From Escherichia coli (GTDB lineage: Bacteria; Pseudomonadota; Gammaproteobacteria; Enterobacterales; Enterobacteriaceae): a DNA stretch of 64,000 bases. Within the stretch, counting starts at the first letter, position 1; every line of letters starts with the position of its first letter. Made by a program: the position numbers and the translations under genes. Location: the NCBI RefSeq assembly GCF_001677475.2, contig NZ_CP015229.1; one strand, 5' to 3'. Positions 37,542 through 47,733 of this stretch are shown here, piece after piece. The notes under the pieces are model-generated. The model made no database searches. It saw only the letters and a list, made by a program, of their open reading frames with translations, and was not told the origin of the DNA.

Positions 37542-37799
37542 TCAGGCGTCCAGATTCTCTTTCACCCATGCAGCAAAATCGGTATAGCCGCCGATATGTT
37601 GCTGATCGACAAAAATCTGCGGCACGGTTTCTACGGGTTTACCTGCCTTTTGTTGTAGATCTTCTTTAGTGATCCCTTCCGCACGAATATCAACATACTG
37701 ATACTGAAAATCATCGCGTTCATTGCTCAATTTCTCAGCCAGATCTTTTGCACGCACACAGTAAGGGCAACCCGGACGACCAAAAATAACGGTTTGCAT
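37542..37799 (-). CDS. grxA: Glutaredoxin 1
   Basis: 85-aa product from MQTVIFGRPGCPYCVRAK; CPYC active site. Confidence 0.92.
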   Translation of the reverse strand: MQTVIFGRPGCPYCVRAKDLAEKLSNERDDFQYQYVDIRAEGITKEDLQQKAGKPVETVPQIFVDQQHIGGYTDFAAWVKENLDA

Positions 37800-37958
37800 T
37801 ATTTCTCTCCTCATAGATTTATGCCTGTAATGATCACGCTAAAATGTATTCGCTGAAAGTAGGTTTAACCTGTTGCATTAATTGCTAAAAGCTATAACTG
37901 TTAAACACAATACAGTGAAAAGTTTTAGACTGAAGGCTCACTTTGCAGAGGGAAGCGT

Positions 37959-38246
37959 ATGCGCGCGATCGGTAAATTGCCTAAAAGCGTGTTGATACTG
38001 GAATTTATCGGAATGATGTTGCTGGCGGTGGCGCTGCTGTCGGTAAGCGGCTCCCAGTCGCTGCCTGAGCCATTTTCTCGGCCAGAAGTGCAGATTCTGA
38101 TGATTTTTCTCGGTGTTTTGCTCATGCTTCCCGCTGCGGTGGTGGTTATTCTTCAGGTGGCAAAACGTCTTGCCCCACAGCTGATGAACCGTCCACCGCA
38201 ATATTCACGTTCAGAAAGAGAAAAAGATAATGACGCCAACCATTGA
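37959..38246 (+). CDS. ybjC: Small membrane protein YbjC (DUF1418)
   Basis: 95-aa ORF with two hydrophobic helices; first gene of ybjC-nfsA-rimK-ybjN. Confidence 0.8.
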   Translation: MRAIGKLPKSVLILEFIGMMLLAVALLSVSGSQSLPEPFSRPEVQILMIFLGVLLMLPAAVVVILQVAKRLAPQLMNRPPQYSRSEREKDNDANH

Positions 38247-38952
38247 ACTTATTTGTGGCCATCGCTCCATTCGCCATTTCACTGATGAACCCATTTCCGA
38301 CGCGCAGCGTGAGGCGATTATTAACAGCGCCCGTGCGACGTCCAGTTCCAGTTTTTTGCAGTGCAGTAGCATTATTCGCATTACCGACAAAGCGTTACGT
38401 GAAGAGCTGGTGACGCTGACCGGCGGGCAAAAACACGTAGCGCAAGCGGCGGAGTTCTGGGTGTTCTGTGCCGACTTTAACCGCCATTTACAGATCTGTC
38501 CGGATGCTCAGCTCGGCCTGGCGGAACAACTGTTGCTCGGTGTCGTTGATACGGCAATGATGGCGCAGAATGCATTAACCGCAGCGGAATCGCTGGGATT
38601 GGGCGGGGTATATATCGGCGGCCTGCGCAATAATATTGAAGCGGTGACGAAACTGCTGAAATTACCGCAGCATGTTCTGCCGCTGTTTGGGCTGTGCCTT
38701 GGCTGGCCTGCGGATAATCCGGATCTCAAGCCGCGTTTACCGGCCTCCATTTTGGTGCATGAAAACAGCTATCAACCGCTGGATAAAGACGCACTGGCGC
38801 AGTATGACGAGCAACTGGCGGAATATTACCTCACCCGTGGCAGCAATAATCGCCGGGATACCTGGAGCGATCATATCCGCCGAACAATCATTAAAGAAAG
38901 CCGCCCATTTATTCTGGATTATTTGCACAAACAGGGTTGGGCGACGCGCTAA
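38230..38952 (+). CDS. nfsA: Oxygen-insensitive NADPH nitroreductase NfsA
   Basis: 240-aa ORF starting MTPTIELICGHRSIRHFTDEPISDAQREAII; overlaps ybjC by 17 nt. Confidence 0.92.
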   Translation: MTPTIELICGHRSIRHFTDEPISDAQREAIINSARATSSSSFLQCSSIIRITDKALREELVTLTGGQKHVAQAAEFWVFCADFNRHLQICPDAQLGLAEQLLLGVVDTAMMAQNALTAAESLGLGGVYIGGLRNNIEAVTKLLKLPQHVLPLFGLCLGWPADNPDLKPRLPASILVHENSYQPLDKDALAQYDEQLAEYYLTRGSNNRRDTWSDHIRRTIIKESRPFILDYLHKQGWATR

Positions 38953-39012
38953 AACCGCCACGTCGATGTATGATACGCGGGCTTTTGACCAGGTCTGACA
39001 GAGAGGTGCAGG

Positions 39013-39915
39013 GTGAAAATTGCCATATTGTCCCGGGATGGAACGCTCTATTCGTGTAAGCGGCTGCGTGAAGCCGCTATACAGCGCGGTCACCTGGTTG
39101 AAATTCTTGATCCGCTTTCTTGCTACATGAACATAAATCCTGCGGCGTCTTCTATTCACTACAAAGGCCGCAAGTTACTCCATTTTGACGCAGTGATCCC
39201 GCGTATTGGCACCGCCATTACCTTTTATGGGACGGCGGCACTGCGCCAGTTCGAAATGCTGGGCAGCTATCCGCTCAATGAGTCGGTCGCCATTGCCCGG
39301 GCGCGTGACAAATTGCGTTCCATGCAACTGCTGGCGCGTCAGGGCATCGACCTGCCTGTCACGGGCATTGCGCATTCGCCGGATGATACCAGCGATTTAA
39401 TCGACATGGTCGGTGGTGCGCCGCTGGTGGTCAAGCTGGTTGAAGGCACGCAGGGAATTGGCGTCGTGCTGGCGGAGACGCGTCAGGCGGCCGAAAGCGT
39501 GATTGACGCTTTCCGCGGTCTGAACGCGCATATTCTGGTGCAGGAATATATCAAAGAGGCGCAAGGGTGCGATATCCGCTGTCTGGTTGTTGGCGATGAA
39601 GTGGTCGCTGCGATTGAACGGCGGGCGAAAGAGGGCGATTTTCGTTCCAATTTGCATCGTGGCGGCGCGGCAAGCGTCGCCAGTATCACACCACAGGAGC
39701 GTGAAATCGCGATAAAAGCCGCGCGAACGATGGCGCTGGACGTTGCTGGTGTGGATATTCTGCGTGCTAATCGCGGGCCATTGGTGATGGAAGTGAATGC
39801 GTCGCCGGGGCTGGAAGGAATAGAAAAAACCACCGGTATCGACATCGCGGGTAAAATGATCCGCTGGATCGAACGCCACGCTACGACAGAATATTGCCTG
39901 AAAACGGGTGGTTAG
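39013..39915 (+). CDS. rimK: Ribosomal protein S6 glutamate ligase RimK (ATP-grasp)
   Basis: 300-aa ORF starting [18 protein letters not shown]; ATP-grasp fold. Confidence 0.92.
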   Translation: MKIAILSRDGTLYSCKRLREAAIQRGHLVEILDPLSCYMNINPAASSIHYKGRKLLHFDAVIPRIGTAITFYGTAALRQFEMLGSYPLNESVAIARARDKLRSMQLLARQGIDLPVTGIAHSPDDTSDLIDMVGGAPLVVKLVEGTQGIGVVLAETRQAAESVIDAFRGLNAHILVQEYIKEAQGCDIRCLVVGDEVVAAIERRAKEGDFRSNLHRGGAASVASITPQEREIAIKAARTMALDVAGVDILRANRGPLVMEVNASPGLEGIEKTTGIDIAGKMIRWIERHATTEYCLKTGG

Positions 39916-40002
39916 TCGCAATCACATTACTGATCATGGTTTTGCCTGCGCTTTTTGCGTAAGCTGTGCCGGTCTTTTTATCGAAAGAGGTTGTACAAAA
40001 TT

Positions 40003-40479
40003 ATGACATCGCTGGTCGTTCCTGGTCTGGATACGCTGCGTCAATGGCTCGATGACCTGGGGATGAGTTTTTTTGAATGTGATAACTGTCAGGCTCTGCA
40101 TCTGCCCCATATGCAGAATTTCGACGGTGTCTTTGATGCCAAAATCGATCTGATCGATAACACGATCCTGTTTTCTGCCATGGCGGAAGTCCGACCTTCA
40201 GCCGTATTGCCGCTGGCGGCGGATTTATCTGCTATCAATGCCAGTTCGCTGACCGTGAAAGCATTTCTTGATATGCAGGATGATAATCTGCCAAAGCTGG
40301 TGGTTTGCCAGTCTTTATCCGTTATGCAAGGCGTAACCTATGAGCAGTTTGCATGGTTCGTGCGTCAGAGCGAAGAGCAGATTTCGATGGTCATTCTTGA
40401 AGCTAATGCCCATCAACTGCTGTTACCGACTGACGATGAAGGGCAAAACAACGTTACCGAAAACTATTTCCTCCACTGA
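40003..40479 (+). CDS. ybjN: YbjN (putative sensory transduction regulator family)
   Basis: 158-aa product from MTSLVVPGLDTLRQWL; internal ATG chosen over the ORF-track start at 39955. Confidence 0.82.
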   Translation: MTSLVVPGLDTLRQWLDDLGMSFFECDNCQALHLPHMQNFDGVFDAKIDLIDNTILFSAMAEVRPSAVLPLAADLSAINASSLTVKAFLDMQDDNLPKLVVCQSLSVMQGVTYEQFAWFVRQSEEQISMVILEANAHQLLLPTDDEGQNNVTENYFLH

Positions 40480-40754
40480 TAACTCCTTTCGAGTACGCAG
40501 TCGCTGCCGCAGTGACTGCGTGCTGCAAAATTATCTGCTGTTTTTAACCTTTTCTTAAAGATTATTTCACTTCTCTTGTGCCGATTTGGCTTTATCACAT
40601 AGAGCAAATACGCATAAAAATTTGTTAAATACCGTTTTTTAATCCGAGCTATAGTCTCAAACCCTGGCTAAAGTTATTCTTGCGATGCTTTTATATAGCG
40701 AGCAGTGCTGGCCGGGAGAGAGTTCTCTTTTCTTACACCGCGCCGATAAAAAAT

Positions 40755-40771
40755 ATGCACGTTTATTGCAT
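40755..40771 (+). promoter_or_regulatory. Candidate sigma-54 (-24/-12) promoter upstream of potF
   Basis: atgcacgtttattgca compared with consensus TGGCACG-N4-TTGCA: -12 element and spacing perfect, -24 element has T for the first G; 60 bp upstream of potF ATG. Confidence 0.3.
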
Positions 40772-40829
40772 ATCTTTCAGTGTGACAACTTTTGTTCGTT
40801 TGTTAACGAACTTTCAGAAGGAAAGAGAT

Positions 40830-41942
40830 ATGACCGCCTTAAATAAAAAATGGCTATCGGGTCTGGTTGCGGGTGCTCTGATGGCCGTCTCTGTCGGCAC
40901 GCTCGCGGCTGAACAAAAAACACTCCACATTTATAACTGGTCTGATTATATCGCCCCGGACACGGTGGCCAATTTTGAAAAAGAAACCGGTATTAAAGTC
41001 GTCTACGATGTTTTCGACTCTAACGAAGTACTGGAAGGCAAATTAATGGCGGGTAGCACCGGCTTTGACCTGGTGGTGCCGTCAGCAAGCTTTCTTGAAC
41101 GCCAGTTGACTGCGGGAGTTTTCCAGCCGCTGGATAAAAGCAAATTGCCGGAGTGGAAGAATCTCGACCCGGAACTGCTGAAGTTGGTTGCCAAACACGA
41201 CCCGGATAATAAATTTGCTATGCCCTATATGTGGGCGACGACCGGGATTGGCTATAACGTCGATAAAGTTAAAGCGGTGCTGGGCGAAAACGCGCCCGTC
41301 GATAGCTGGGACTTGATCCTCAAGCCTGAAAATCTGGAAAAACTAAAAAGTTGCGGTGTCTCTTTCCTCGATGCGCCAGAAGAAGTTTTTGCTACCGTGC
41401 TGAATTATCTCGGCAAAGATCCCAACAGCACTAAAGCGGATGATTACACCGGACCGGCTACCGATCTGCTGTTAAAGCTGCGCCCGAACATTCGTTATTT
41501 CCATTCATCTCAATACATTAACGACCTGGCAAACGGCGATATCTGCGTCGCTATTGGCTGGGCGGGTGATGTCTGGCAGGCGTCAAACCGCGCGAAGGAA
41601 GCGAAGAATGGCGTTAATGTCTCGTTCTCGATTCCGAAAGAAGGGGCGATGGCGTTCTTTGATGTCTTCGCCATGCCTGCGGATGCCAAAAATAAAGACG
41701 AAGCCTATCAGTTCCTGAATTACCTGCTGCGCCCGGATGTGGTGGCGCATATTTCCGACCATGTGTTCTATGCCAACGCGAACAAAGAAGCTACGCCGCT
41801 GGTAAGCGCGGAAGTGCGTGATAATCCAGGGATTTATCCTCCGGCGGACGTTCGTGCGAAGTTGTTCACTCTGAAAGTGCAGGATCCAAAAATAGACCGT
41901 GTGCGCACCCGCGCGTGGACCAAAGTGAAGAGCGGAAAATAA
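40830..41942 (+). CDS. potF: Putrescine ABC transporter periplasmic binding protein PotF
   Basis: 370-aa product from MTALNKKWLSGLVAGALMAVSVGTLA (signal peptide). Confidence 0.9.
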   Translation: MTALNKKWLSGLVAGALMAVSVGTLAAEQKTLHIYNWSDYIAPDTVANFEKETGIKVVYDVFDSNEVLEGKLMAGSTGFDLVVPSASFLERQLTAGVFQPLDKSKLPEWKNLDPELLKLVAKHDPDNKFAMPYMWATTGIGYNVDKVKAVLGENAPVDSWDLILKPENLEKLKSCGVSFLDAPEEVFATVLNYLGKDPNSTKADDYTGPATDLLLKLRPNIRYFHSSQYINDLANGDICVAIGWAGDVWQASNRAKEAKNGVNVSFSIPKEGAMAFFDVFAMPADAKNKDEAYQFLNYLLRPDVVAHISDHVFYANANKEATPLVSAEVRDNPGIYPPADVRAKLFTLKVQDPKIDRVRTRAWTKVKSGK

Positions 41943-42036
41943 TCCGCAGTCGTAGATGCCGGACGGGCGCACCACACCCGCCGGCAATTCGCACCATTAT
42001 GGTGCGCTTGCACACATTCAATGCCGGAGAGCAGCC

Positions 42037-43170
42037 GTGAATGACGCTATCCCTCGCCCGCAGGCGAAAACCCGTAAGGCGCTGACGCCGCTATTAGAAA
42101 TCCGCAACCTCACCAAATCCTACGATGGTCAACATGCGGTGGATGATGTCAGCCTGACCATCTACAAAGGTGAAATCTTCGCGCTGCTGGGCGCATCCGG
42201 CTGTGGCAAGTCCACGCTGCTGCGTATGCTGGCAGGTTTCGAACAACCTTCTGTCGGGCAGATTATGCTCGATGGCGTCGATTTGTCACAGGTACCGCCT
42301 TACCTGCGCCCCATCAATATGATGTTTCAGTCTTACGCGCTGTTTCCGCATATGACCGTGGAACAGAATATCGCTTTTGGCCTGAAACAGGACAAATTGC
42401 CGAAAGCGGAAATTGCCAGCCGGGTCAATGAGATGCTCGGGCTGGTGCATATGCAGGAGTTCGCCAAACGCAAACCGCATCAGCTTTCCGGCGGTCAGCG
42501 ACAGCGTGTGGCACTGGCCCGAAGCCTTGCCAAGCGCCCGAAACTATTACTGCTCGATGAGCCGATGGGCGCACTGGATAAAAAGCTGCGTGACCGGATG
42601 CAGCTTGAAGTGGTGGATATTCTGGAGCGTGTCGGTGTGACCTGCGTGATGGTCACCCACGATCAGGAAGAGGCGATGACCATGGCGGGGCGCATCGCCA
42701 TTATGAATCGTGGGAAATTTGTCCAGATTGGCGAACCGGAAGAGATCTATGAGCATCCGACCACCCGCTACAGCGCCGAATTTATTGGCTCGGTTAATGT
42801 CTTTGAAGGTGTACTCAAAGAGCGTCAGGAAGATGGTCTGGTGCTTTATTCGCCGGGGCTGGTGCATCCACTGAAAGTCGATGTAGATGCTTCGGTGGTC
42901 GATAACGTGCCGGTGCATGTGGCGCTTCGCCCGGAAAAAATCATGCTTTGCGATCAACCGCCTGCTGACGGCTACAATTTTGCGATGGGGGAGGTGATAC
43001 ACATTGCCTATCTCGGCGATCTTTCGGTGTATCACGTTCGTCTGAAAAGTGGGCAGATGATTAGCGCCCAGCTACAAAACGCCCATCGTCATCGTAAAGG
43101 GTTACCGACCTGGGGCGATGAAGTGCGTTTGTGCTGGGAAGTGGACAGCTGTGTGGTGCTGACGGTTTAA
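42037..43170 (+). CDS. potG: Putrescine ABC transporter ATP-binding protein PotG
   Basis: 377-aa product from GTG 42037 (VNDAIPRPQAKTRK...); Walker A GASGCGKST, signature LSGGQRQR. Confidence 0.88.
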   Translation: MNDAIPRPQAKTRKALTPLLEIRNLTKSYDGQHAVDDVSLTIYKGEIFALLGASGCGKSTLLRMLAGFEQPSVGQIMLDGVDLSQVPPYLRPINMMFQSYALFPHMTVEQNIAFGLKQDKLPKAEIASRVNEMLGLVHMQEFAKRKPHQLSGGQRQRVALARSLAKRPKLLLLDEPMGALDKKLRDRMQLEVVDILERVGVTCVMVTHDQEEAMTMAGRIAIMNRGKFVQIGEPEEIYEHPTTRYSAEFIGSVNVFEGVLKERQEDGLVLYSPGLVHPLKVDVDASVVDNVPVHVALRPEKIMLCDQPPADGYNFAMGEVIHIAYLGDLSVYHVRLKSGQMISAQLQNAHRHRKGLPTWGDEVRLCWEVDSCVVLTV

Positions 43171-43179
43171 GGAGCAAAG

Positions 43180-44124
43180 ATGAGTACACTTGAACCTGCT
43201 GCCCAGCCAAAACCCTTTAAGCTGTGGCTGTCGCAGTTGCAAATGAAGCACGGGCGCAAACTGGTGATTGCGCTGCCCTATATCTGGCTAATCCTGCTGT
43301 TTCTGCTGCCATTTCTGATCGTCTTTAAAATAAGCCTGGCGGAGATGGCGCGCGCCATTCCACCTTATACCGAACTGATGGAGTGGGCTGACGGGCAACT
43401 TTCCATCACTCTTAATCTCGGTAATTTCCTGCAACTGACCGACGATCCGCTCTATTTCGATGCTTATCTCCAGTCGCTACAGGTGGCGGCGATTTCGACT
43501 ATTTGCTGTTTACTGATCGGCTATCCGCTGGCGTGGGCGGTGGCGCACAGTAAGCCTTCGACTCGTAATATCTTATTGCTACTGGTGATCCTGCCGTCGT
43601 GGACCTCGTTTCTGATTCGCGTTTATGCCTGGATGGGAATATTAAAAAATAACGGCGTGCTGAATAATTTTCTGCTGTGGCTGGGGGTTATCGATCAACC
43701 TCTGACCATTCTGCATACCAATCTGGCCGTTTATATTGGCATTGTTTACGCCTATGTGCCGTTTATGGTGCTGCCGATTTATACCGCGTTGATTCGTATT
43801 GATTATTCGCTGGTGGAAGCGGCACTGGATCTCGGTGCACGACCGCTGAAAACGTTCTTTACTGTGATCGTGCCGCTGACCAAAGGCGGGATTATTGCCG
43901 GATCGATGCTGGTGTTTATCCCGGCTGTGGGCGAGTTTGTGATCCCTGAACTGCTCGGTGGCCCGGACAGCATCATGATCGGGCGTGTGCTGTGGCAGGA
44001 GTTCTTTAACAACCGCGACTGGCCGGTGGCCTCGGCGGTAGCGATCATCATGTTGCTGCTGCTAATTGTGCCGATAATGTGGTTCCACAAGCATCAGCAA
44101 AAAAGCGTGGGAGAACACGGATGA
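43180..44124 (+). CDS. potH: Putrescine ABC transporter permease PotH
   Basis: 314-aa hydrophobic ORF; synteny. Confidence 0.88.
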   Translation: MSTLEPAAQPKPFKLWLSQLQMKHGRKLVIALPYIWLILLFLLPFLIVFKISLAEMARAIPPYTELMEWADGQLSITLNLGNFLQLTDDPLYFDAYLQSLQVAAISTICCLLIGYPLAWAVAHSKPSTRNILLLLVILPSWTSFLIRVYAWMGILKNNGVLNNFLLWLGVIDQPLTILHTNLAVYIGIVYAYVPFMVLPIYTALIRIDYSLVEAALDLGARPLKTFFTVIVPLTKGGIIAGSMLVFIPAVGEFVIPELLGGPDSIMIGRVLWQEFFNNRDWPVASAVAIIMLLLLIVPIMWFHKHQQKSVGEHG

Positions 44125-44966
44125 ATAATTTACCGGTAGTTCGTTCGCCCTGGCGGATTGTGATTTTGCTGCTGGGCTTCACCTTTCTCTACGCGCCAAT
44201 GCTGATGCTGGTGATCTATTCATTCAACAGCTCGAAGCTGGTGACGGTGTGGGCCGGCTGGTCAACGCGCTGGTATGGCGAATTATTGCGCGATGACGCA
44301 ATGATGAGTGCGGTTGGTTTAAGCCTGACAATTGCGGCCTGTGCGGCGACGGCGGCGGCGATCCTCGGGACGATTGCGGCGGTCGTGCTGGTGCGCTTTG
44401 GCAGGTTTCGCGGATCAAATGGTTTTGCCTTTATGATCACCGCGCCGCTGGTGATGCCAGATGTCATCACGGGCTTGTCGCTATTGTTGTTATTCGTCGC
44501 GCTTGCTCATGCCATTGGCTGGCCTGCGGACCGCGGTATGCTCACCATCTGGCTGGCGCATGTCACTTTCTGTACGGCTTATGTGGCAGTCGTTATTTCG
44601 TCGCGTCTGCGGGAACTGGATAGCTCGATAGAAGAAGCAGCGATGGATCTCGGTGCGACGCCGCTGAAAGTGTTTTTCGTCATTACGCTACCAATGATCA
44701 TGCCCGCGATCATTTCTGGCTGGTTACTGGCTTTTACTTTGTCGCTTGATGATCTGGTGATCGCCAGCTTTGTTTCCGGGCCGGGAGCCACCACGTTACC
44801 GATGCTGGTCTTTTCCAGCGTGCGGATGGGGGTGAATCCGGAAATCAACGCCCTGGCAACATTGATCCTCGGCGCGGTCGGAATTGTCGGATTTATCGCC
44901 TGGTATCTGATGGCGCGCGCAGAAAAACAGCGGATACGCGACATCCAGCGTGCAAGACGTGGCTGA
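44121..44966 (+). CDS. potI: Putrescine ABC transporter permease PotI
   Basis: 281-aa product from MNNLPVVRSPWRIV; ATGA overlap with potH stop. Confidence 0.88.
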   Translation: MNNLPVVRSPWRIVILLLGFTFLYAPMLMLVIYSFNSSKLVTVWAGWSTRWYGELLRDDAMMSAVGLSLTIAACAATAAAILGTIAAVVLVRFGRFRGSNGFAFMITAPLVMPDVITGLSLLLLFVALAHAIGWPADRGMLTIWLAHVTFCTAYVAVVISSRLRELDSSIEEAAMDLGATPLKVFFVITLPMIMPAIISGWLLAFTLSLDDLVIASFVSGPGATTLPMLVFSSVRMGVNPEINALATLILGAVGIVGFIAWYLMARAEKQRIRDIQRARRG

Positions 44967-44997
44967 AGACACTAAAATTTGCCAACCTGGCTACATA

Positions 44998-45024
44998 ATG
45001 CCGCGCATGTCGCGGCATTGTTTT
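44998..45024 (+). terminator. Rho-independent terminator after potFGHI
   Basis: atgccgcgcatgtcgcggcat hairpin followed by tgtttt; the T-tract ends 1 nt before the annotated ybjO ATG. Confidence 0.55.
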
Positions 45025-45025
45025 C

Positions 45026-45514
45026 ATGGAAGACGAAACGTTGGGATTTTTTAAGAAAACATCTTCATCTCATGCTCGCCTGAATGTGCCTGCGCTGGTG
45101 CAGGTGGCGGCGCTCGCCATTATTATGATCCGTGGCCTCGACGTGCTGATGATTTTCAATACGCTGGGCGTGCGCGGTATTGGCGAGTTCATTCATCGCA
45201 GCGTACAAACCTGGAGTTTAACGCTGGTCTTTTTAAGCAGTCTGGTGTTGGTTTTTATTGAGATCTGGTGTGCGTTTTCACTGGTGAAAGGGCGTCGCTG
45301 GGCGCGCTGGCTGTATCTGTTGACACAAATCACGGCCGCAAGTTACTTGTGGGCGGCTTCGCTGGGGTATGGTTATCCGGAGCTGTTCAGCATTCCCGGT
45401 GAATCAAAACGTGAAATCTTCCATAGCCTGATGCTGCAGAAGCTGCCGGATATGCTCATCCTGATGCTGCTGTTCGTTCCCTCGACCAGTCGGCGGTTCT
45501 TCCAGTTGCAATAA
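45026..45514 (+). CDS. ybjO: Inner membrane protein YbjO (DUF2593)
   Basis: 162-aa hydrophobic ORF; synteny; no obvious Shine-Dalgarno before the first ATG. Confidence 0.75.
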   Translation: MEDETLGFFKKTSSSHARLNVPALVQVAALAIIMIRGLDVLMIFNTLGVRGIGEFIHRSVQTWSLTLVFLSSLVLVFIEIWCAFSLVKGRRWARWLYLLTQITAASYLWAASLGYGYPELFSIPGESKREIFHSLMLQKLPDMLILMLLFVPSTSRRFFQLQ

Positions 45515-45554
45515 TGTGTATAATCGTCGCCCCTGATGATGTGAAGGTCAATGT

Positions 45555-46682
45555 ATGCAGTGCGCACTTTACGACGCGGGTCGCTGTCGTTCCTGTCAGT
45601 GGATAACGCAGCCGATTCCAGAGCAACTCTCCGCTAAAACCGCCGATCTTAAAAATCTGCTCGCCGATTTTCCGGTTGAGGAATGGTGCGCGCCGGTGTC
45701 AGGCCCGGAACAAGGGTTTCGTAATAAAGCCAAAATGGTGGTGAGTGGTAGCGTTGAAAAACCACTGCTCGGTATGCTGCATCGAGATGGCACACCGGAA
45801 GACCTTTGTGACTGCCCGCTTTATCCTGCCTCATTTGCGCCCGTTTTTGCGGCGCTAAAACCGTTTATCGCCCGAGCGGGGTTAACGCCCTACAACGTGG
45901 CGCGTAAGCGTGGCGAACTGAAATACATTCTGCTGACTGAAAGCCAGAGCGATGGCGGCATGATGCTGCGCTTTGTACTGCGTTCTGATACCAAGCTGGC
46001 GCAACTGCGTAAGGCGCTGCCGTGGTTACAGGAACAACTACCGCAGCTGAAAGTTATTACCGTCAATATTCAGCCGGTACATATGGCGATTATGGAAGGG
46101 GAGACGGAGATCTACCTGACTGAACAACAGGCGCTGGCAGAGCGTTTTAATGACGTACCGCTGTGGATCCGTCCGCAAAGTTTCTTCCAGACTAATCCGG
46201 CGGTCGCCAGCCAGTTGTACGCCACCGCGCGCGACTGGGTACGACAGCTGCCGGTTAAACATATGTGGGATCTGTTCTGCGGTGTGGGGGGCTTTGGTTT
46301 ACACTGCGCGACGCCTGACATGCAGTTAACCGGGATCGAAATTGCGCCAGAGGCCATTGCCTGTGCAAAGCAGTCAGCTGCTGAACTGGGCTTAACGCGT
46401 CTGCAATTTCAGGCGCTGGACTCCACTCAGTTTGCCACTGCTCAGGGGGAGGTGCCGGAGCTGGTGCTGGTTAACCCGCCGCGCCGCGGCATTGGTAAAC
46501 CGCTGTGTGATTATCTCTCAACGATGGCACCGCGTTTTATCATCTACTCCAGCTGTAACGCCCAAACTATGGCGAAAGATATCCGCGAACTGCCTGGTTA
46601 TCGCATCGAACGGGTACAGCTTTTTGATATGTTCCCGCACACCGCGCACTATGAAGTGCTGACGCTGCTGGTGAAGCAATAA
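45555..46682 (+). CDS. rlmC: 23S rRNA (uracil747-C5)-methyltransferase RlmC (RumB)
   Basis: 375-aa ORF with N-terminal Cys cluster (CRSCQW...C) and SAM-MTase motif [10 protein letters not shown]. Confidence 0.9.
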   Translation: MQCALYDAGRCRSCQWITQPIPEQLSAKTADLKNLLADFPVEEWCAPVSGPEQGFRNKAKMVVSGSVEKPLLGMLHRDGTPEDLCDCPLYPASFAPVFAALKPFIARAGLTPYNVARKRGELKYILLTESQSDGGMMLRFVLRSDTKLAQLRKALPWLQEQLPQLKVITVNIQPVHMAIMEGETEIYLTEQQALAERFNDVPLWIRPQSFFQTNPAVASQLYATARDWVRQLPVKHMWDLFCGVGGFGLHCATPDMQLTGIEIAPEAIACAKQSAAELGLTRLQFQALDSTQFATAQGEVPELVLVNPPRRGIGKPLCDYLSTMAPRFIIYSSCNAQTMAKDIRELPGYRIERVQLFDMFPHTAHYEVLTLLVKQ

Positions 46683-46710
46683 AAAAGCCGCAGGTGCGGC
46701 TTTCTGAATC
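46683..46710. terminator. Bidirectional terminator between rlmC and artJ
   Basis: aaaaaagccgcaggtgcggctttctg: stem gccgca/tgcggc with flanking A-run and T-run. Confidence 0.65.
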
Positions 46711-47442
46711 TTACTGTGGGAACCACTGGTCATTGATTTTCTGATATGTACCGTCAGCTTTAATTGCTGCCAGCGCATTATTCAGTTTTTCCAGCAGAGC
46801 TTTGTTATCCGGACGTACAGCGATACCCAGGCCGGTGCCGAAGTATTGCGGGTCGGTTACTTTCTCAGTCGCAACGCCCAGTTGCGGATTGGTTTTCAGC
46901 CACTCATTAACTACCGCTGTATCACCAAATACCCCATCAATACGACCATTTTTCAGGTCGATAAATGCATTCTGATAACTGTCATAAGAGACGGTTTTCA
47001 CTTCCGGATGCTGATCCTGAATATATTTCTGGTGGGTAGTGCCGTTTTCCATACCAATACGTTTACCTTTCAGGTCGGCAAAAGTCTTATAGGTATCTTT
47101 TTTGGCAATCACAACGGCTGAGTTTTCGTAATAGGGGGTGGTAAAGGCGACCTGTTTGCTACGTTCCGGGGTGATATCCATACCGGAGATTACGGCGTCA
47201 TATTTTCTGAATTTCAGTGACGGGATCAGGCTGTCGAAAGCGTGATTCGTAAAAGTACATTCTGCCTGCATTTGTTTACACAAGGCTTTTGCCAGGTCGA
47301 TATCAAAGCCGACAATCTCATTATTAGCACCTATAGATTCAAAGGGTGGATAGGTGGCTGAAACGCCAAAATTGATTTTCTCTGCGGCAGAAGCGCCGAA
47401 CGCACAGGATGCCAGTAAAGCGGCAAGAACTAACTTTTTCAT
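46711..47442 (-). CDS. artJ: Arginine ABC transporter periplasmic binding protein ArtJ
   Basis: 243-aa product from MKKLVLAALLASCAFGASAA; paralogue of ArtI. Confidence 0.9.
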   Translation of the reverse strand: MKKLVLAALLASCAFGASAAEKINFGVSATYPPFESIGANNEIVGFDIDLAKALCKQMQAECTFTNHAFDSLIPSLKFRKYDAVISGMDITPERSKQVAFTTPYYENSAVVIAKKDTYKTFADLKGKRIGMENGTTHQKYIQDQHPEVKTVSYDSYQNAFIDLKNGRIDGVFGDTAVVNEWLKTNPQLGVATEKVTDPQYFGTGLGIAVRPDNKALLEKLNNALAAIKADGTYQKINDQWFPQ

Positions 47443-47554
47443 GATGGAACTCCCGTCTGTCAATCTTATGATTTTTGGCCGTGTCTGCGGCATGGGATAA
47501 CAATGCCATCAAGTGAATTTATATGCAATAAATATGATTAAATAATTTAAATGA

Positions 47555-47592
47555 AATAAAAAAAGACGGACAACTTAGTGAGTTGTCCGTCT
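47555..47592 (-). terminator. Rho-independent terminator downstream of the artPIQM operon
   Basis: gacggacaact/agttgtccgtc hairpin (47565-47591) preceded on the plus strand by an A-run, which is a T-run after the hairpin on the minus strand. Confidence 0.65.
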
Positions 47593-47617
47593 TCATTATA
47601 AGAATTTATGCACTATG

Positions 47618-47703
47618 TAGGCCGGATAAGGCGTCCACGCCGCATCCGGCACAGGCACCGTGCTGATGTCTGATGCGACGCTGGCGCGTCTTATCAGACC
47701 TAC
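47618..47703. repeat. REP/BIME palindromic repeat pair between artM and artJ
   Basis: gtaggccggataaggcgtccacgccgcatccggcac and gatgtctgatgcgacgctggcgcgtcttatcagacctac, both REP-consensus-like. Confidence 0.6.
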
Positions 47704-47733
47704 AAACCCCCCCGGCGAATGTACGCAGCTACA

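Noticed and set aside
40756-40770. Treating the potF sigma-54-like element as a confident promoter
   Set aside because: The conserved GG of the -24 element is TG here; kept only as a low-confidence candidate.
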